Notes: generated by a model from the sequence alone, not told the origin. A stretch of DNA of 39,527 nucleotides from Octopus sinensis (GCF_006345805.1 NW_021829873.1:1-39527); one strand, 5' to 3'. Numbered from the stretch's first letter, positions 9,849 to 24,328 are shown. Translations and numbers: made by a program.

Positions 9849-9885
9849 AGGCCTTCAAGAAGGCTGTCCATATGCTAGAAATAGC

Positions 9886-10037
9886 AGGCAAAGTCGACCT
9901 CGGCGGAATTTGAACTCAGAGCGTAGCGGCAGATGAAATACCTATTTCTTTACTACCCACAAGAGGCTAAACACAGAGGGGACAAACAAAGACAGACATA
10001 CGGATTAAGGCGATTATATCGACCCCATTGCGTAACT
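9886..10037 (-). mobile_element. SINE family 2 fragments (tail joined to the next head)
   Basis: Minus-strand B-box-like GAGTTCAAATTCC lies next to the 3' segment shared with 6703-6798. Confidence 0.65.
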
Positions 10038-10040
10038 ATT

Positions 10041-10119
<79 letters not shown>

Positions 10120-10218
10120 CAAATTGATATAGGGTGTAATAAAGTATTATCTGATAATTGATATTTGATTTAGATGTATTTCTCCATTTTCTCATGTTGT
10201 ATATGTATGTATATATAT

Positions 10219-12725
10219 CTCTTCTCTTCTCCCCGTCTGTCTTGATAGACAATGGGTTGCGCCAAGTGTGGGGCCTACTTTGATGATGTGCTGCGTCTGC
10301 TGTGACTGAACAGTCCAATTCTAGAGTGGCAGTCCCTGGTACAGTTGCTGCACACGAACATCGATGGGTACGTGTGGGGTGTTGCTGCAGTTGTCCTCCT
10401 CCTGTCCCGCCTGTCCGACCACGGCTGTGCTCTCCTTTCCTCAGCCATGGAAACGCCTTTCCTCACTGTCCGACGCCAGGCAGAGCGGTCAGCAGCTGTT
10501 ACCTCCCACGTGTCCACACAGATGTTGGCAGTCCTCAGGTCGCGCTTGCACACATCCCTGTATCGTAGCTGTGGACGTCCCTTGGGTCGGGATCCCGTGG
10601 TGAGTTTGCTGTACAGGATGTCTTTAGGCATGCGACCGTCCTGCATGCGGCAGACGTGTCCGAGCCAGCGCAGTCGTCTCCGCACGAGGAGGGCATGCAT
10701 GCTTGGCATATTAGTCTGTTCCAGGATGACTCCGTTTGGTACTGGGTCCTTCCAGGAGATGCCAAGGATCCGTCGAAGACACCGCATGTGGAAGCCGCTG
10801 AGGCGGCATTCCTGCCGAGTGTATGTTGTCCAGCTCTCGCTGCCGTAGAGTAGGGTGCTCAGCACGCAGGCTCGGTACACTGCGATCTTGGTGGTTATTG
10901 TGAGCATGTTGTTTTCCCACACTCTCCTGGAGAGCTTAGCCATGGCAGCAGCAGCCCTCCCAATCCGTCTGTTCAGCTCCGGCTCGAGGGACAGGCTGCT
11001 GGAGACCGTCGATCCCAGGTAAGTGAACTCGTTCAACACCTGCAAGCTGTGGTCGCCGACACTGATGCTGAGGACCCCTCCGACGTCCTGGCCCATGATC
11101 TCTGTCTTTTTCAGGCCGATGGTAAGGCCGAACTCTTGGCAGGCATCCGCCAGGGAGCTGAACAGCCTCTGGAGACCCGGCTGGTTGTGTGATGTTAGGG
11201 CGGCATCGTCAGCAAAGAGGATCTCTCTGATCAGCACCTGACGGACTTTGGTCTTAGCTCTGAGGCGCGCAAGATTGAACAACCACCATCAGCCCTGGTG
11301 TGGAGGAACACTCCGTCGTCGGACGTTCTGAAGGCATAGGACAGGACAAGGGAGAAGAAAATTCCGAAGAGCGTCGGCGCCAGAACGCAACCCTGTTTCA
11401 CTCCACTCTGGATGGCGAACGACTCCGAGGGCAATCCGTCAAACTGCACTGTTCCCTGCATACCGTATCGTGAAAGGAGGTGATGAGTTTCAGCAGTCTG
11501 GGAGGGCAACATATCCTACCCAGGAGCGCAAACAGCCCCTCCCTGCTGACTGAGTCGAACGCCTTAGCCAGGTCGATGAAGGCCACGTATAGGGGCTGTC
11601 TCTGTTCTCGACTCTTTTCTTGAAGCTGCCTGAGTGAGAAGATCATGTCGATTGTAGACCTCTCTGCCCTAAAGCCAGACTGAGACTCGGGGTACACACG
11701 CTCTGCAAGCATTTGCAACCTCTTCAGGACCACCCTGGCAAATGCCTTACCGACAGTGCTGAGCAGGGATATGCCCTTGTAATTATTACAGTCGCTTCTG
11801 TCCCCTTTGTTTTTATACAGTGTGATGATGTTTGCGTCACGCATATCCTTAGGGACAGAGCCCTCCTCCCAGCACTGACAGAGCAGCTCGTGGAGATGGC
11901 CCAGAAGGGCTGGCTTCCCGCACTGGATGACTTCTGCGGGGATGCCGTCTTGCCCTGGTGCCTTGCCCCGAGCGAGTGAGTCAATTGCTTTGCTCAGTTC
12001 TTCCTTTGTTGGAGGCAGGTCAAGCTCCTCCATGACAGGCAGAGCAGGAATGCCGGCGAGGGCAGACCTGGTGACCACATTCTCAGTGGAGTAGAGGTTC
12101 TGGTAATGCTCGACCCACCTCTCTATCTGCTTCGCTTGGTCCTTGATGACCTCGCCATCCCTGGACTTCAGTAAAGCAACCTTGCTGACAGTGGGCCTGA
12201 ATGCTTTCTTCATCCCCTCGTACATCCCTTTCACGTTACCACTGTCAGCACAGCACTGGATGTTCTGGCATAGGTTCTGCCAGTAGATGTTGGCGCAACG
12301 TCTGGCCGTCCTCTGGGCGTCACTTCTGGCTGTTCTTAGAGTAGCCAGGTTCTTTTCTGATGGGTCGCGCTTATAGTTGACCAGTGCTTCCCTCTTGGCA
12401 GCAATGACAGGCTCCATCTCAGGCAGGTGAGCCTCAAACCAGTCTTGATTTCTCCGCTCCCTCTTTCCTAGGGATGACATGACTATTCTGCAAGTGGTGT
12501 GTCGCGAATAAGCTGCCATCTCTCCTCGATGGACGTGGCTGCGTGATCTTTAAGGGCCTCCTCCATGCGGTTGGTGAATTCCGAGCGGAGGTCGGGGTTG
12601 GTTGTCCTGGCGGTGTTGATGCGTGGGCGGCTTTTCCCTACGGGACGGCGGATTTTCTTTGGGGCCAATCGGACCCTACTGCACACCAGAGAGTGGTCTG
12701 TATCACAGTCAGCACCATGGTAGCT
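10219..12725 (-). mobile_element. RTE-clade (BovB-like) LINE, 5'-truncated, frameshifted
   Basis: APE endonuclease end SYHGADCDTDHSLV. RT motifs KAPGQDGIP, YKNKGDRSDCNNYKGISLLS, QSGFR, FIDLAKAFDSV, GVKQGCVLAPTLF, LFADD. Then LLYGSESW, RRLRWLGHV and a C-terminal CxxC..HSRIGLFSH, followed by a short 3' UTR and (GAGAA)n tail. Confidence 0.95.
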
Positions 12726-13894
12726 TGGCGAATACAACACATGTTGTAGTTGATGGAGTCCACTCAAGCCCAGCAAAAGTCCCCAGCGGTGTCCCCCAGA
12801 GGACTGTCTTGGGTCCGCTACTCTTCATAATCTACATAAACGACCTTTCCAGTGTCGTACATTACTGCAAAGTGAAAATATTTGCAGATGACACCAAGCT
12901 CCAGCAAATCGTCAATGAAGAAGCAGACCTCAACTCCAGTCTGATCTATATGCTGTGAGTCAATGGGCAAACAGAAACAAAATGCAACGAAACGAGGGAA
13001 AATTTGAGCTGATGCATTTTGGAAGAAACTCCTCACTAAAACAGCCATACTCTCTTCCTTCAGGGGAACCGCTCACAGCCTCTAACAATATCAGAGAACT
13101 GGGTGTAATTGTTGATGACGATCTCAGTTGGAGTGCACACATCAACAAGAAGGTCGATATAGCTCGTAGGATGAGTTCCTGGATCTTAAGAACATTCCGG
13201 TCCAGAGAACAAGGTGTCATCATACCACTTTTTTCCTCCTTTGTACAGCCACACCTTGAATACTGCTGCCCACTGTGGTCTCCTCACACAAGACTAAACA
13301 TCTCCAGAATTGAGTCACCCCAGAGGGCATTCACTAAACGAATTGAAGGCATGGCTTCTCTCAATTATTGGGATCGCCTTAAAGCCTTGAAACTTTACTC
13401 CCTCCAGCGTCGCCGTGAGCGGTACATCATTTGTACGATGTGGAAAATATACCGCCAACTATGCCCAAACGACCTAAACATTAGCTTCAAGGTTCATCCA
13501 AGACTTGGACCACGGGCTATACGTCCCCTGCCCAATTCAAGATCACAACATACATGTACACTGCAACATAATTTCTTTTCCTCAACAGGCCCTGCCCTAT
13601 TTAACATTTTCCCCGAGAGAGATCAAAGAGGAAAAGGATCCCATCAACTTTAAACAGAGTCTGGATAGATTCCTTCAAAGAATACCAGATAAGCCACCCA
13701 TAATTGGATACAACTCACCAAACAAGAAGTCACTACTTGAACAAAACTGGATACAACTCACCCTACAAGAACTCACTACTTGAACAAAACTTGACTTAAA
13801 CAGGATTCGAATAATCCTATCAGGTGGTGCTATTAAGTTAGACATGGCCTGGACCAATCTTTGGTCGAAACATGTCTAAGTTTATCTAAGTTTA
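12726..13894 (+). mobile_element. CR1-type LINE (second family), 5'-truncated, copy A
   Basis: SGVPQ.TVLGPLLFIIYINDL, FADDTKL, PHLEYCCPLWSP and LKLYSLQRRRERY, then a 3' UTR stem-loop (13838-13879) and (TCTAAGTTTA)2 tail. Confidence 0.92.
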
Positions 13895-13918
13895 TATATA
13901 TCTGATATATCTTTATAA

Positions 13919-13993
<75 letters not shown>

Positions 13994-14119
13994 AATCTAT
14001 CTTCTTCGAGCACATCGTCAACAGCACTTATTCTTTCTAAGCCTAGTATTTATTCTTATTCTTTTCTGCCGAGCCGCTGAAATACAGGGAGGAAAACACA
14101 CCAGCATCGTTTGAAAAAT

Positions 14120-14419
14120 CTACTATAGCCACGAGCCGACCAAAGCCTTGTGATTGGATTTGGTGGAAGGAAACGGGAAAACTCCAGTCATATATATGTT
14201 TATATGTGTGCGTGTGTGTCTTTGTTCCCAAACATTGCTACACAACGGATGCTAGTCTGTTCAGGTCCCCATAACTTAGAGGTTCAGCGAAAGAGACTGA
14301 TAGAATAAGCACTAGGCCTACAATGAATAAGTCCTGGGGTCGATATGCTCGACTAAAGGTCGTGCTCCAACATGGCCACAGTCAAATGACTGAAACAAGT
14401 AAATGAGAGTAAAAGAGTA
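14120..14419 (+). mobile_element. SINE family 1, headless diverged copy (preceded by a minus-strand SINE fragment ~14005-14112)
   Basis: CTACTATAGCC...GACCAAAGCCTTGTGA...GACTGAAACAAGTAAATGAGAGTAAAAGAGTA. Confidence 0.75.
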
Positions 14420-16625
14420 AATAACGAGAAAAGTCCATGACCTGTTCACTACGGATATAGCAGAAAATATCTCCTAGAGTTACTTCCCTAACGTCATATA
14501 ATACGTTTCATGTTGTAATATCTGTAAGAAAGTAATAATGACATAATCAAGTTTCTTTTTTATTTTATATAGTATATATGCGTATGTGGGTATATACACG
14601 TATATCTGTAAGTATATATATATATATACAAATACTGGAGCGCCGCCTTTAGTCGATCACATCGTCCGCAGCACTTCTTTGTAAGCCTAGTATTTATTCT
14701 AACTTATTCTCTTTTGCCGAACAGCTAAAATACAGGGAGTAAAACAGCTACAGTCGTTCGAAGGTAATGACCAAACTGTCTACTCTTATCCACCAGTTCC
14801 AACACGATTTAACAAAAAACAGACAAATTGCTTGACTAGATTTCACTGCAAAGCCAGTAACATCTATGGACATCCCAAAATCTACAAGAGTTAAGCCATA
14901 AACAAAACCTGTAACAAGTTAAATTCTATAGTTATAAATATTCCACACCCGAGAGATCTCCGAATTAGGCCAATTATGGCCAATCCAGGTATGTAGATAC
15001 GGGAGGCATTCGGTGCTTAACACTCGCAAATCTGAAGTCGCTAAAGGTGCAATAAATTGAACTTCTTTTCATTTAGAACTTAGGGATCTGCAAATGTGGG
15101 TATCTTGGAGATACTTAAAGTTTGTAGCTGTAAATGTCGCACACACACAAACGGATAAAAACGCACATAGGCTCACACACACATACACACAGAAATAAAA
15201 ACAATCACACAAACACAAACACTGAAATGAAATTACCCACACTCACACACACAAAAATAAAAAGTTTCACGTACACAAACACTGATACATGTAAGGGAAG
15301 TAACTCTGGAAGATTTTGTAATTATCTCCCTTTCTAGAGTTACACCCCTTGCCTAGTATATTTAACAATTATCAGAATATGTGAGGGAAGTAACCCTGGA
15401 AGATTTTGGAGTTATCTTCCTTTGTAGAGTTATCTTCCTTTGTACCTTGCATATTATAAAATACAGGGAGTAAAACAGCTACAGTCGTTCGAAGGTAATG
15501 ACCAAACTGTCTACTCTTATCCACCAGTTCCAACACGATTTAACAAAAAAAACAGACATATTGCTTGACTAGATTTCACTGCAAAGCCAGTAACATCTAT
15601 GAACTTCCCAAAATCTACAAAAGTTAAGCCATAAACAAAACCTGTAACAAGTTAACTTCTATACTTATAAATATTCCACACCCGAGAGATATCCGAATGA
15701 GGCCAATTATGGCCAATCCAGGTATGTAGATACGGGAGGCATTGGATGCTTAACACTCGCAAATCTGAAGTCGCTAAAGGTGCAATAAATTGAACTTCTT
15801 TTCATTTAGAACTTAGGGATCTGCAAATGTGGGTATCTTGGAGATGCTTAAAGTGTTTGTTATAGCTGTAATTGTCGCACACACAAACGAATAAAAACAG
15901 TCGCTCACACACACGTACACACAAAAATAAAAACATTCACACAAACACAGACACTGAAATGAAAATAGCAACATATAAAAAGTCCCACGCACACAAACAC
16001 TGAAAAAAAAATTCTCACAAAAACACTCACATACGCACAAAGACAAACACACAAATAAAAATACAGATACATATTCACACACTCAAACACGCGGACAAAC
16101 ACAGAAATGAAATCAGTTACATACCTACACATGCACAAACACAGACACACACAAATAGAAATGGAAAATACGGTAACACATCCAAATTCTCACACACGAA
16201 CAAACGCACAAACACACACACACAAACATAAGCACCCACACACAGAAATGAAAACGCAGTTACACACTCACACATAAAACCCTAACCGTAACTAGCACAA
16301 ACGTACAATTTATTCAGAATGTAAAGAGGCATTGGGTGCTTTGAACTCGCAGTTAGAATATCAGCCCCCTCCACGCCAGTATTAGAATTTCTGTCATCCA
16401 CTTGTGAAATTAATACATTGACGACACATGGGAAAAATATGAGCAACATCTCAAGTCACTAAAGGTGCAATAAATTGAACTTATTCTGATTTAGCACTTA
16501 TTGATCTCAAATGTGGGTATCTTAGAAATGGTCAAAGTGCTTGTTGCATTTGTAAGTGTCGCACACACACAAACAAATAGAAACACTCAGTCGCTCACAC
16601 ACTCGCGCACACAGAAAAAAGCACT

Positions 16626-16671
<46 letters not shown>

Positions 16672-19600
16672 CTGAAATGAAAATACCCACACTCACATAA
16701 ATAAAAACAGTCCCACACACACAAGGAGCCCTAATAGGTATATCAAAAAAGTTTCTAATATTTTCCTAGCCCATAATTTATGATAATTGAAGTTCTAACA
16801 GTATATAAATACCTACTAAATCAGTACATCGAACATTACGTCCCCGTAACTTATCGGTTCTGCAAAAGAGACCTACACGTTAAGTAATAGGCATACAAAG
16901 AATAATTGCTGGGTTGATTTGTTTGACTAAAGGCGGTGCCCCACCATGAAAGAGTCAAAGAGCGAAAAAGTCTATATTACGATAACTACGTACTTAAGGG
17001 AAATAACTACAAAGTATCTTCTACAGTTACTTCCCTTAGATATTAAAATTTAACAATAATAAAATAATATTAAGGAAATTAACTCTCGGAAAGGAGATAA
17101 CTAGATAACATCTTCCAGAGTTACGTTCCTTACATATAATTTTACTACTTTTATTTAACTTATAATATCCAGGGAAAATAACTCTCGAAAATATTATTCA
17201 GACATGACAATCTTTTACGCTATTTTGGAGTTTAACTGATCTCTCTAGTGAGTCGGATGTCCCATTATGGCCATCCCTTATATGTTTAAATATCTAAATG
17301 TATATACATAAATCTGTCAATATATACTTATGTCTCTCTCTCTCTTTATATATATATATATATATATACCTATCTATATACCACGGGCTACTTTCTGTTT
17401 CCGTGTACCAAATCTACTCAGAAACGTTGGTCTGTCCGAGGCTATAATGGAAGACACGTAGTTGGACAGAACCAGAATCACCGTGTTTGGAAAGCAAGCT
17501 ACATACCACAGCCACTCTTACTGCTACATATATATATACGACAGTCTTCTTTTAGTTTCCGTCTCCCAAATCCACTCACAAGGCTTTGGTCGGCCCGAGA
17601 CTATAGTAGAAGACATTTGCCCAACATTCCACCCAGTGGGACTGAACTCGAAAACATTGTTAGGTAAGCAAGCTAATTCCCATTCAGACACTACTGTTTG
17701 TTAACCGGACAATTTCAAGGTGAGCCCTACTTGTTTGTATGCAAATGAGTTCATTAATGGAGTCCGGAACTTTCACGGCTGGTTCCCATAAGACGATGCA
17801 ACCACCTTGGGTATATGTGAACTGTGCTCACACACGCACAAACACCTACACGTCCGCACCCACGAAAATTGATACATGCAAAGACGCAATCTCGTACCTA
17901 TTTATGTTTTAAATATGTTGACCTTAAAACTGCGACATTCTGGAAACACACGCCCGCACCCATGCACATAGAGACATGCATGTATGCAAACTCGTAGGTA
18001 TTTATGTTTTAAACATGTTGACCTTAAAACCGTGATATTCTGTGTCTGTGCGCGCATTTCTGTGAGAATGATTGCTCACGAAACACAATGCAATGAGTTC
18101 AAACCAACAGCGTTGCACCTTCGGCAAGTGTATTCAGCTATAGCCTTGGGCCGACCAATGTATTCTGAGTGGAGTGTGTAGAGGGAAACTGAAAGAAGCC
18201 GTCGTATATATGAATATCGGCGTAGCAATGGCTATGTTGTAAAGTAGTTCGCTTGCGAACCACATGGTTTGCTGTTCACTCCCACTGCCTGTCATCTTAT
18301 GCAATTGTCTACTACTGTACCCCAAGGCCGACCTAATCCTTGTGATTGGATTTAGTGGAAGGAAAATGAAAAAATACCATCGTATATATGTTTAAATGTG
18401 TGCGTGTGTGTGTTTGTTCGCACTCGAAGGGCACACGAGAATGCACGCACGTACTATCACACATACAGATGCAAGTTTTCTTAATAAAACGGAAAGAACT
18501 CCCGTTCCATCCCTTAGTTTATTTTTTGTTTTAGACACTACATATACGTGCGTGGGTATATACACGTATATCTGTATGTGTATGTCTGGGTAAAACAGAC
18601 TTTCGCGGTTGGGTCACATTAGCCGATGCGACAACCTTGGGTATGTGTGGACTGCGCTCACACACGCACAAATACCCACACTTCCGCACTCATGCACATA
18701 GATACATGCAAAGCTATTTTATGTTTTCAATAAGTTGACCTTAAAACCGTGACACTCTGAAGAAATTTTATGAGTGTGTGGGTCAGCCAATATGTGTGCT
18801 TTCATCTCTGTGTCTGTTTGCGCTCGCGCATGTGTGAGAGTGTTTGCTCACCAACCTCAATGTGCTGGGTTCAATCCAACAGCGTGGCACCTTCGGCAAG
18901 TGTATTCAACTATACCCCGGGCCGACCAATGTGTTCTGAGTAGGGTGGTAGAGGGAAACTGAAAGAATCCCGTCGTATATATGAATATCGGCGCAGGAAT
19001 GGCTATGTGGTAAGTAGTTTGCCTACGAACCACATGGTTTCAGTTTCATTCCCACTGCCTCGCATCTTGTCCAATTGTCTTCTAAACCTAAATCTAACCC
19101 TAATCCATTCCAGCCTATTATTATTCAAACACTATTTACGTATCTTAATGTTAAATTATATTAGTATCTATCAACGGATGTAACTCTTGTCAAGTAAGAG
19201 ATGTAGAGGGAGTTACTTTCCTTGGTTTGAGATTCATTTTTATATTTAAGTTTAAATGCCAAAGGGATATGAAACTGGGTTAGGGTTAGATGTGTGTATT
19301 TACATTTCTGTGTGTGCGACTACGTACTTTTATATACATGTGTGTGTGTGTATTTATATGTCTAGGACCCCATAACTTAGAGGTCAGCGAAAGACTGTTA
19401 GAATAAGAACTAGGCCTACAAATAATAAGTCCTGGGGTCGATATGCTCGACTGAAGGTGTTGTTTCAGCATGGCCAGTTAAATGATTGAAACAAGTAAAT
19501 GAGAGTAAAAGAGTAAATAGCGACAAAATTCTTTAACCTGTTCACTAGGGAGATAGCTGAAAATATCTCCTAAACGTCATATAATACGTTTCATATTGTA

Positions 19601-19855
19601 ATTTCTGTAATAGCGAAAGGAGACACGACCATGCGCACACCAACAGAGACACATACACATCCAAGTAATCTGCTGGTACCTTTAACAAATAAACATTGAC
19701 TAGCTGATCATTTACATTTCACTACACCCCACAAATATATAAAGTAATAATGTTATCTAGTACTACTCGTCGGACATAATCAAGTTTCTTTTTTGTTTTA
19801 GATTATATATATATGCGTGTGTGGGTATATATACGTATATCTGTATGTGTATATA

Positions 19856-19942
<87 letters not shown>

Positions 19943-22900
19943 TGGAGCGCCGCCTTTAATCGAGCACATCGTCCGCAGCACATATTCTTTGTAAGCCTAG
20001 TATTTATTCTAACTTGTTCTCTTTTGCCGAACAGCTAAAATACAGGGAGTAAAACACACCTGTATCGGTTAAAAGCATCAACAACTACAGTCAATCGAAG
20101 ATAATGACCAAACTGTTTACTCTTATCCACCAGTTCCAACACGGTTTAAAAAAAAGGAGACAAATTGCTTGACTAGATTTGACTGCAAAGCCAGTAACAT
20201 CTATGGACTTCCCAAAATCTACAAAAGTTGAGCCAAAAACAAAACCTGTAACAAGTTAACTTCTATAGTCATAAATATTCCACACCCGAGAGATCTCCGA
20301 ATGAGGCCAATTATGGCCGATCCAGGTATGTAGATACGGGGTGCTTAACACTCGCAAATCTGGAGTCACTAAAGGTTCCAGTGAACTTCTTTTCATTTAG
20401 AACTTAGGGATCTGCAAATGTGGGTATCTTAGAGATGCTTAAAGTGTTTGTTGTAGCTGTAATTGTCGCATACAAACATCCGCTCGCACACACGTATACA
20501 CAGAAATAAAAACATTCACACAAACACAAACACTGAAATGAAAACAGTTACACACCTACACATGCACACACACAATAGAAATGAAAATAGTCACACACAA
20601 ACATACGCACCCACACACAGAAATGAAAACGCAGTTACACATCCACACATAGAACCCTAACTAGCATAAACATACAATTTATTCAGAATGTAGAGGGGCA
20701 TTGGGTGCTTTGCACTCGCAGTTAGAATATCAGCTCCCTCCACGCCATTATTAGAATTTCTGTCATCCACTTGTGAAATTAATACATTGACGACACATGG
20801 GAAAAATATGAGCAACATCTCAAGTCACTAAAGGTGCAATAAATTGAACTTATTCTGATTTAGCACTTATTGATCTCAAATGTGGGTATCTTAGAAATGG
20901 TCAAAGTGCTTGTTGCATTTGTAAGTGTCGCACACACACAAACAAATAGAAACACTCAGTCGCTCACACACTCGCGCACACAGAAAAAAGCACTCTCACA
21001 CACACACACACACACCACACACACACACACACACAAACACTGAAATGAAAATACCCACACTCACATAAATAAAAACAGTCCCACACACACAAGGAGCCCT
21101 AATAGGTATATCAAAAAAGTTTCTAATATTTCCTAGCCCATAATTTATGATAATTGAAGTTCTAACAGTATATAAATACCTACTAAATCAGTACATCGAA
21201 CATTACGTCCCCGTAACTTATCGGTTCTGCAAAAGAGACCTACACGTTAAGTAATAGGCATACAAAGAATAATTGCTGGGTTGATTTGTTTGACTAAAGG
21301 CGGTGCCCCACCATGAAAGAGTCAAAGAGCGAAAAAGTCTATATTACGATAACTACGTACTTAAGGGAAATAACTACAAAGTATCTTCTACAGTTACTTC
21401 CCTTAGATATTAAAATTTAACAATAATAAAATAATATTTAAGGAAATTAACTCTCGGAAAGGAGATAACTAGATAACATCTTCCAGAGTTACGTTCCTTA
21501 CATATAATTTTACTACTTTTATTTAACTTATAATATCCAGGGAAAATAACTCTCGAAAATATTATTCAGACATGACAATCTTTTACGCTATTTTGGAGTT
21601 TAACTGATCTCTCTAGTGAGTCGGATGTCCCATTATGGCCATCCCTTATATGTTTAAATATCTAAATGTATATACATAAATCTGTCAATATATACTTATG
21701 TCTCTCTCTCTCTTTATATATATATATATATATATATACCTATCTATATACCACGGGCTACTTTCTGTTTCCGTGTACCAAATCTACTCAGAAACGTTGG
21801 TCTGTCCGAGGCTATAATGGAAGACACGTAGTTGGACAGAACCAGAATCACCGTGTTTGGAAAGCAAGCTACATACCACAGCCACTCTTACTGCTACATA
21901 TATATATACGACAGTCTTCTTTTAGTTTCCGTCTCCCAAATCCACTCACAAGGCTTTGGTCGGCCCGAGACTATAGTAGAAGACATTTGCCCAACATTCC
22001 ACCCAGTGGGACTGAACTCGAAAACATTTGTTAGGTAAGCAAGCTAATTCCCATTCAGACACTACTGTTTGTTAACCGGACAATTTCAAGGTGAGCCCTA
22101 CTTGTTTGTATGCAAATGAGTTCATTAATGGAGTCCGGAACTTTCACGGCTGGTTCCCATAAGACGATGCAACCACCTTGGGTATATGTGAACTGTGCTC
22201 ACACACGCACAAACACCTACACGTCCGCACCCACGAAAATTGATACATGCAAAGACGCAATCTCGTACCTATTTATGTTTTAAATATGTTGACCTTAAAA
22301 CTGCGACATTCTGGAAACACACGCCCGCACCCATGCACATAGAGACATGCATGTATGCAAACTCGTAGGTATTTATGTTTTAAACATGTTGACCTTTAAA
22401 CCGTGATATTCTGTGTCTGTGCGCGCATTTCTGTGAGAATGATTGCTCACGAAACACAATGCAATGAGTTCAAACCAACAGCGTTGCACCTTCGGCAAGT
22501 GTATTCAGCTATAGCCTTGGGCCGACCAATGTATTCTGAGTGGAGTGTGTAGAGGGAAACTGAAAGAAGCCGTCGTATATATGAATATCGGCGTAGCAAT
22601 GGCTATGTTGTAAAGTAGTTCGCTTGCGAACCACATGGTTTGCTGTTCACTCCCACTGCCTGTCATCTTATGCAATTGTCTACTACTGTACCCCAAGGCC
22701 GACCTAATCCTTGTGATTGGATTTAGTGGAAGGAAAATGAAAAAATACCATCGTATATATGTTTAAATGTGTGCGTGTGTGTGTTTGTTCGCACTCGAAG
22801 GGCACACGAGAATGCACGCACGTACTATCACACATACAGATGCAAGTTTTCTTAATAAAACGGAAAGAACTCCCGTTCCATCCCTTAGTTTTTTTTTGTT

Positions 22901-23705
22901 TTAGACACTACATATACGTGCGTGGGTATATACACGTATATCTGTATGTGTATGTCTGGGTAAAACAGACTTTCGCGGTTGGGTCACATTAGCCGATGCG
23001 ACAACCTTGGGTATGTGTGGACTGCGCTCACACACGCACAAATACCCACACTTCCGCACTCATGCACATAGATACATGCAAAGCTATTTTATGTTTTCAA
23101 TAAGTTGACCTTAAAACCGTGACACTCTGAAGAAATTTTATGAGTGTGTGGGTCAGCCAATATGTGTGCTTTCATCTCTGTGTCTGTTTGCGCTCGCGCA
23201 TGTGTGAGAGTGTTTGCTCACCAACCTCAATGTGCTGGGTTCAATCCAACAGCGTGGCACCTTCGGCAAGTGTATTCAACTATACCCCGGGCCGACCAAT
23301 GTGTTCTGAGTAGGGTTGGTAGAGGGAAACTGAAAGAATCCCGTCGTATATATGAATATCGGCGCAGGAATGGCTATGTGGTAAGTAGTTTGCCTACGAA
23401 CCACATGGTTTCAGTTTCATTCCCACTGCCTCGCATCTTGTCCAATTGTCTTCTAAACCTAAATCTAACCCTAATCCATTCCAGCCTATTATTATTCAAA
23501 CACTATTTACGTATCTTAATGTTAAATTATATTAGTATCTATCAACGGATGTAACTCTTGTCAAGTAAGAGATGTAGAGGGAGTTACTTTCCTTGGTTTG
23601 AGATTCATTTTTATATTTAAGTTTAAATGCCAAAGGGATATGAAACTGGGTTAGGGTTAGATGTGTGTATTTACATTTCTGTGTGTGCGACTACGTACTT
23701 TTATA

Positions 23706-23744
<39 letters not shown>

Positions 23745-24231
23745 TTATATGTCTAGGACCCCATAACTTAGAGGTCAGCGAAAGACTGTTAGAATAAGAA
23801 CTAGGCCTACAAATAATAAGTCCTGGGGTCGATATGCTCGACTGAAGGTGTTGTTTCAGCATGGCCAGTTAAATGATTGAAACAAGTAAATGAGAGTAAA
23901 AGAGTAAATAGCGACAAAATTCTTTAACCTGTTCACTAGGGAGATAGCTGAAAATATCTCCTAAACGTCATATAATACGTTTCATATTGTAATTTCTGTA
24001 ATAGCGAAAGAAGACACGACCATGCGCACACCAACAGAGACACATACACATCCAAGTAATCTGCTGGTACCTTTAACAAATAAACATTGACTAGCTGATC
24101 ATTTACATTTCACTACACCCCACAAATATATAAAGTAATAATGTTATCTAGTACTACTCTTCGGACATAATCAAGTTTCTTTTTTGTTTTAGATAGTATA
24201 TATGCATGTGTGGGTATATACATGTATATCT

Positions 24232-24328
<97 letters not shown>

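Noticed and set aside
10302-11979. Plus-strand ORFs overlapping the RTE
   Set aside because: They are antisense shadow frames of GC-rich RTE coding sequence with no recognisable motifs.
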